IMG/VR virus record: IMGVR_UViG_3300009128_001408 | Span: 2,082-66,081 of that record | Source of the DNA: a virus | Lineage: Duplodnaviria; Caudoviricetes | Strand: one strand, 5' to 3' | DNA length: 64,000 nucleotides | Shown: positions 62,540-64,000 of the stretch, in pieces | How positions within the stretch are numbered: the first letter of the stretch is position 1 | Layout of the letters: the number at the start of each line of letters is the position of its first letter | Made by a program: the position numbers and the translations under genes | Notes under the pieces: model-generated | Databases searched by the model: none | What the model saw: only the letters and a program-made list of their open reading frames with translations | Told to the model about the DNA's origin: nothing

Positions 62540-62689
62540 ATCCGCGGCCGCAACAGTCCCTGTAAGCTCTAGGCGGACTGCATCGGCATCAAACTTAAAT
62601 CGTGCATCAGCTCCGAAAACGCCGCTACCGGATGCGAACTGGACCTCTCCGTTAGATCCTGATGCCTCTACAACTCTAATCGCAGTCAT
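57722..62689 (-). CDS. giant Gly/Ser/Thr-rich virion protein with tandem duplicated domain
   Basis: 1655 aa; GAGGTG RBS; two APDLDD...TTNYVEWVND...DFRN...NYS units. Confidence 0.7.
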   Translation of the reverse strand: MTAIRVVEASGSNGEVQFASGSGVFGADARFKFDADAVRLELTGTVAAADGLSGSLTRLVDGTSYLIAGSNVTITSASNGQVTITSTGGGGGSDVGWIGRSSGQIDTTGSVGITGSLHLGQSIKLIGETSNKIDFQSGQVLILSGGAPISPDEASGTDVTFFVSGTDGGKSAGTGMSVFGGDVQLSGALYLGNSSQYAVAQVVDGLNQLIIDGDNYVDLKADNSVKMYVGSSNVEAMVAHGTDVGAGLGIVVNDDATSTMDFRVETANKTHAIFTDASTDQVLILSGGAATSPNETTYTDTAFFVSGAIGSRDTAIKGAALFGGDVVISGALHGGSPLQVGEYRTDLGADINFFVSGALASKGTAVRGSALFGGDTVVSGAISALSGLSGSLTRLTNDTSYLVAGSNITITSASNGQVTIASTGGGGGGTVTVEQAGGSSTASVDTMVFTGSVVTDDGGGQVTIQPVIGAAEDGTYTDGLFTDFIYTTPIGTAVDKINEVLKALSPTPAPDLDDINFLDTGLSASLSFGAASPVGGYTSVGSGAGLGVAVDVNGLYTVVTASNNIRASVFALDTELTGVLNADVAPSNYSNGTTNYTTSSFGNAEIGVLRLMVNGSNIKEIDLTVGAIGDGVPGLGTGRYVNANGSGFISLSQTGSAIFENGNSLVAFQHRTGRYVVDTVDQRNGWNYVQVLHVMTGNTVTTNYVEWVNDNNSNALAATNQRWENFDLGEGLFNSGVEYYVSGTANYKVDVSNAYKTVYQYNASASYTTTNCTIPQVPIEAINTGAGEDYTKVLKLTGSATITATELFNQGLTSSVNVPHPLKSNLTAGGQVDTGGILLYTASNNSTTQLETFKRENFRLTSGSYNTQASMAAAGAVWDSTLHLSGAADQADGLIFFYQSLKSPLDNSLAGDFRNAAEGGSVAFAPDSNPNYSSLAGLRTFYRSFKNETGGTVRDMSFTIDGSGTITQQGGSLGTAGLSVLVKFPSNGTDETGWLDMSQNFALEQYDNGDGCLVGSLDSSLNATNIVTFGSQSLANNESIMLKLEANSAWTGNASQISATFGAGTGGAPVTAPDLDDTDCNNTGTGCKLSFGSSKGIAGYTDVGGGAGIGSAEDINDDYISTISGNNLRRAAFGGDSGTVAIGGDLNEDVSSNMPSYSADAFGDALNGTLNLEVNGAVVHTTLLTASFGSGVPGSGGASDLNANGSGFTNISVPTAGEYSGNNVPDYTLIYRTGRFTVATTDQREGWNYVRVQHAAPGGTTTTNYVEWVNDSNTNALGASNEILNNFSGSTFYYQSGVKYFQQCSSSYIAQVANVYKNVFSRSSSAISTTVSNLTVNAIEVNGDGVSGGSVSASSRGLPDLLSAAGSQNEDIFVTASVTFTRSSAVPGTYGTTNYTASSRITVDHPLKADETSAQKTKNNFLVHSASLTSNLYTNEYFTREDYRIQSGTYLNQAAISSGPWNSQQSMNDGGAPTYATGLLSYNGYLIPPDQGGASGDFRNLDEGGSLQSPNGNVNYSTLSVSVRDFYRKFENNTTNDVGSITVTLYGDATIVGRAGINAGTLGANKNIYVDVKIPGDTGFLDMGRPTAGSGNISDGDGGLVGSLSATVITGGTANALSFNGTALAGTISGAEQMVIRISAHEDWTGYLTRILIGY

Positions 62690-62981
62690 AGGTCACCTCG
62701 TTAGTGTATTCAATCAACACTTTTTGAATCAAACTCATTAGGTCTTCGGCGTCGTCGGGGCCCAGGACCTCACTGGCTGCTGTCTCGATCATTTCCATTG
62801 TTGCCATAAGGGTTTCATTGGAAAGTCCTGTCGACCTCCCCAGATCATCTATAGCGCTTTCTGGCACCACAATCGTGCCGCTAGGAAGCTTATAGGCACC
62901 GGGAATCTCATCCCTTCGAAACATTCGAAGAGCAGTAGAATAAGAAATACCTATTGTCTCTGCGAAGTGCCTAAGTCTCAT
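62676..62981 (-). CDS. MerR/excisionase-like HTH protein
   Basis: MRL..FAE.IGISY.TA.R.FR...IP.AYKLPSGTI.V, like the IS607 TnpA N-terminal HTH. Confidence 0.7.
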   Translation of the reverse strand: MRLRHFAETIGISYSTALRMFRRDEIPGAYKLPSGTIVVPESAIDDLGRSTGLSNETLMATMEMIETAASEVLGPDDAEDLMSLIQKVLIEYTNEVTYDCD

Positions 62982-63039
62982 GTGCTATAATTATATCACC
63001 TCATGTCAATTGACGCCTAATGGCCTCACTTGACAACAC

Positions 63040-63600
63040 TTAGATAATATAATAAAGCTTATCAGCACTGTTACCAGCATCTTGCATAAAATTTACAATT
63101 ATACTTAGCTGGCGCTGGAGGTCCTCGCTGTCGACATTCATTAACAGAGTGTGACACTGGGACCACTCGGCAAACTCTTTGTACTTGGTATCAATCTGCT
63201 CGAGCCTGGCCTTCACCTCATCGTACTGCTCATCAACGTCGACATATGACGTCCGATGGGGAATTATAATAATGGTGTTCAGCTTAGCATGGCGAGTGTC
63301 AAGAGACTTGAGGACATCCATGTCCGTATCCCGCCCCATAACCTGTGAGTAAATCCACTCAGACGGCCACGCCCTGTCTAGGATAATGGATTGACCGGTT
63401 GCCTCAAGGTACGATGTAAAATATGTGTCGACATACCTAATAGCATCGATAAAGTAGTCTGGATTTGACCTAAAATACTTGTGCTCGGCGGAGTTCTTAA
63501 AATACGGAACGCCAATAGCAGAGGCTAGCGCCTGGGCAATGTTGGTCTTTCCACAACCATCGGGACCGTCGAAAATAATAACCCATTGCTTATCTGGCAC
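63040..63600 (-). CDS. thymidylate/deoxynucleoside monophosphate kinase
   Basis: IIFDGPDGCGKT, ILDRAWPSE.IYS. Confidence 0.8.
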   Translation of the reverse strand: MPDKQWVIIFDGPDGCGKTNIAQALASAIGVPYFKNSAEHKYFRSNPDYFIDAIRYVDTYFTSYLEATGQSIILDRAWPSEWIYSQVMGRDTDMDVLKSLDTRHAKLNTIIIIPHRTSYVDVDEQYDEVKARLEQIDTKYKEFAEWSQCHTLLMNVDSEDLQRQLSIIVNFMQDAGNSADKLYYII

Positions 63601-63603
63601 CTG

Positions 63604-63891
63604 TCACTCCTCTTTTAACCTCTTCGCCTTTGCCTTCGCCAGTTTATTTATACTGGACTTCTTCGGTGACCCATCGGTTATCTCGCTAATTAGCCCAACA
63701 CGATAAGCGCCTGATATCTCATCATATATGGTCACGGCAGGACCTTCTTTGTTCAACGGATGAATATTCACAATCCTGCCGTGACCAATATTATTGGTGG
63801 CGAGCTTACACCACACTACCTCGCCAATAGTGACACCACACTGGGTGACAGGCTCGGTTTTCTCAACCTTTAACTTCTTCTTCCTAGCCAT
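63604..63891 (-). CDS. basic hypothetical protein
   Basis: Likely start MARKK at 63891. Confidence 0.6.
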   Translation of the reverse strand: MARKKKLKVEKTEPVTQCGVTIGEVVWCKLATNNIGHGRIVNIHPLNKEGPAVTIYDEISGAYRVGLISEITDGSPKKSSINKLAKAKAKRLKEE

Positions 63892-64000
63892 TTCCCCCGC
63901 CGGATGCATCAAGCTTCTGCAGTCGGCCGATAAAGCCAACAGACTTAAAGTCCTCGACCATCTCACGTTCGCCCGGGAACAGGAGGTGATCTGGCAGCTC
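63884..64000 (-). CDS. 3' end of a gene truncated by the window edge
   Basis: Open frame ...ELPDHLLFPGEREMVEDFKSVGFIGRLQKLDASGGGNG-stop. Confidence 0.45.
   Translation of the reverse strand, partial: ELPDHLLFPGEREMVEDFKSVGFIGRLQKLDASGGGNG

Noticed and set aside
62676-62981. IS607-family element
   Set aside because: Only the N-terminal HTH resembles TnpA; there is no serine recombinase domain and no tnpB nearby

Overview
This window is most consistent with part of a very large (jumbo/huge) tailed-phage genome read in standard code 11; no capsid, portal or terminase gene is in the window, so the assignment is inferred. About 95 densely packed genes lie almost all on the minus strand. There are no ribosomal or rRNA genes, many ORFans, three giant Gly/Ser/Thr-rich virion-type proteins, an amidase endolysin, a holin/spanin-like trio, and host-like genes without their usual operon partners (DnaE, sigma70, GroEL without groES, DnaK without grpE/dnaJ, thymidine kinase, dCMP deaminase, dNMP kinase, IMPDH, SOD). 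Four observations stand out. (1) About 20 otherwise unrelated proteins share a short amphipathic leader, M(K/R)(I/L)x3-4L(R/K)xII(K/R)EE or MxLIMExWRxFL, also fused to enzymes (zeta-like kinase, SET, ART-like, SOD, nucleotidyltransferase tail); this is a candidate virion cargo-addressing system. (2) A contiguous aceB-aceA-pckA cassette (glyoxylate shunt plus gluconeogenic entry) sits in an operon with the endolysin. (3) Two promoter-like motif classes sort genes by function: T(G/A)TA(A/C)(A/T)-N16-TAnnnT before replication/metabolism genes, and TA(T/C/A)TTA before leader-bearing and structural genes. (4) There are eukaryote-type genes (HAD-IIB phosphomannomutase and a Siw14/Oca-like pseudophosphatase). 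All protein calls come from motif recognition by eye; no database searches were run.
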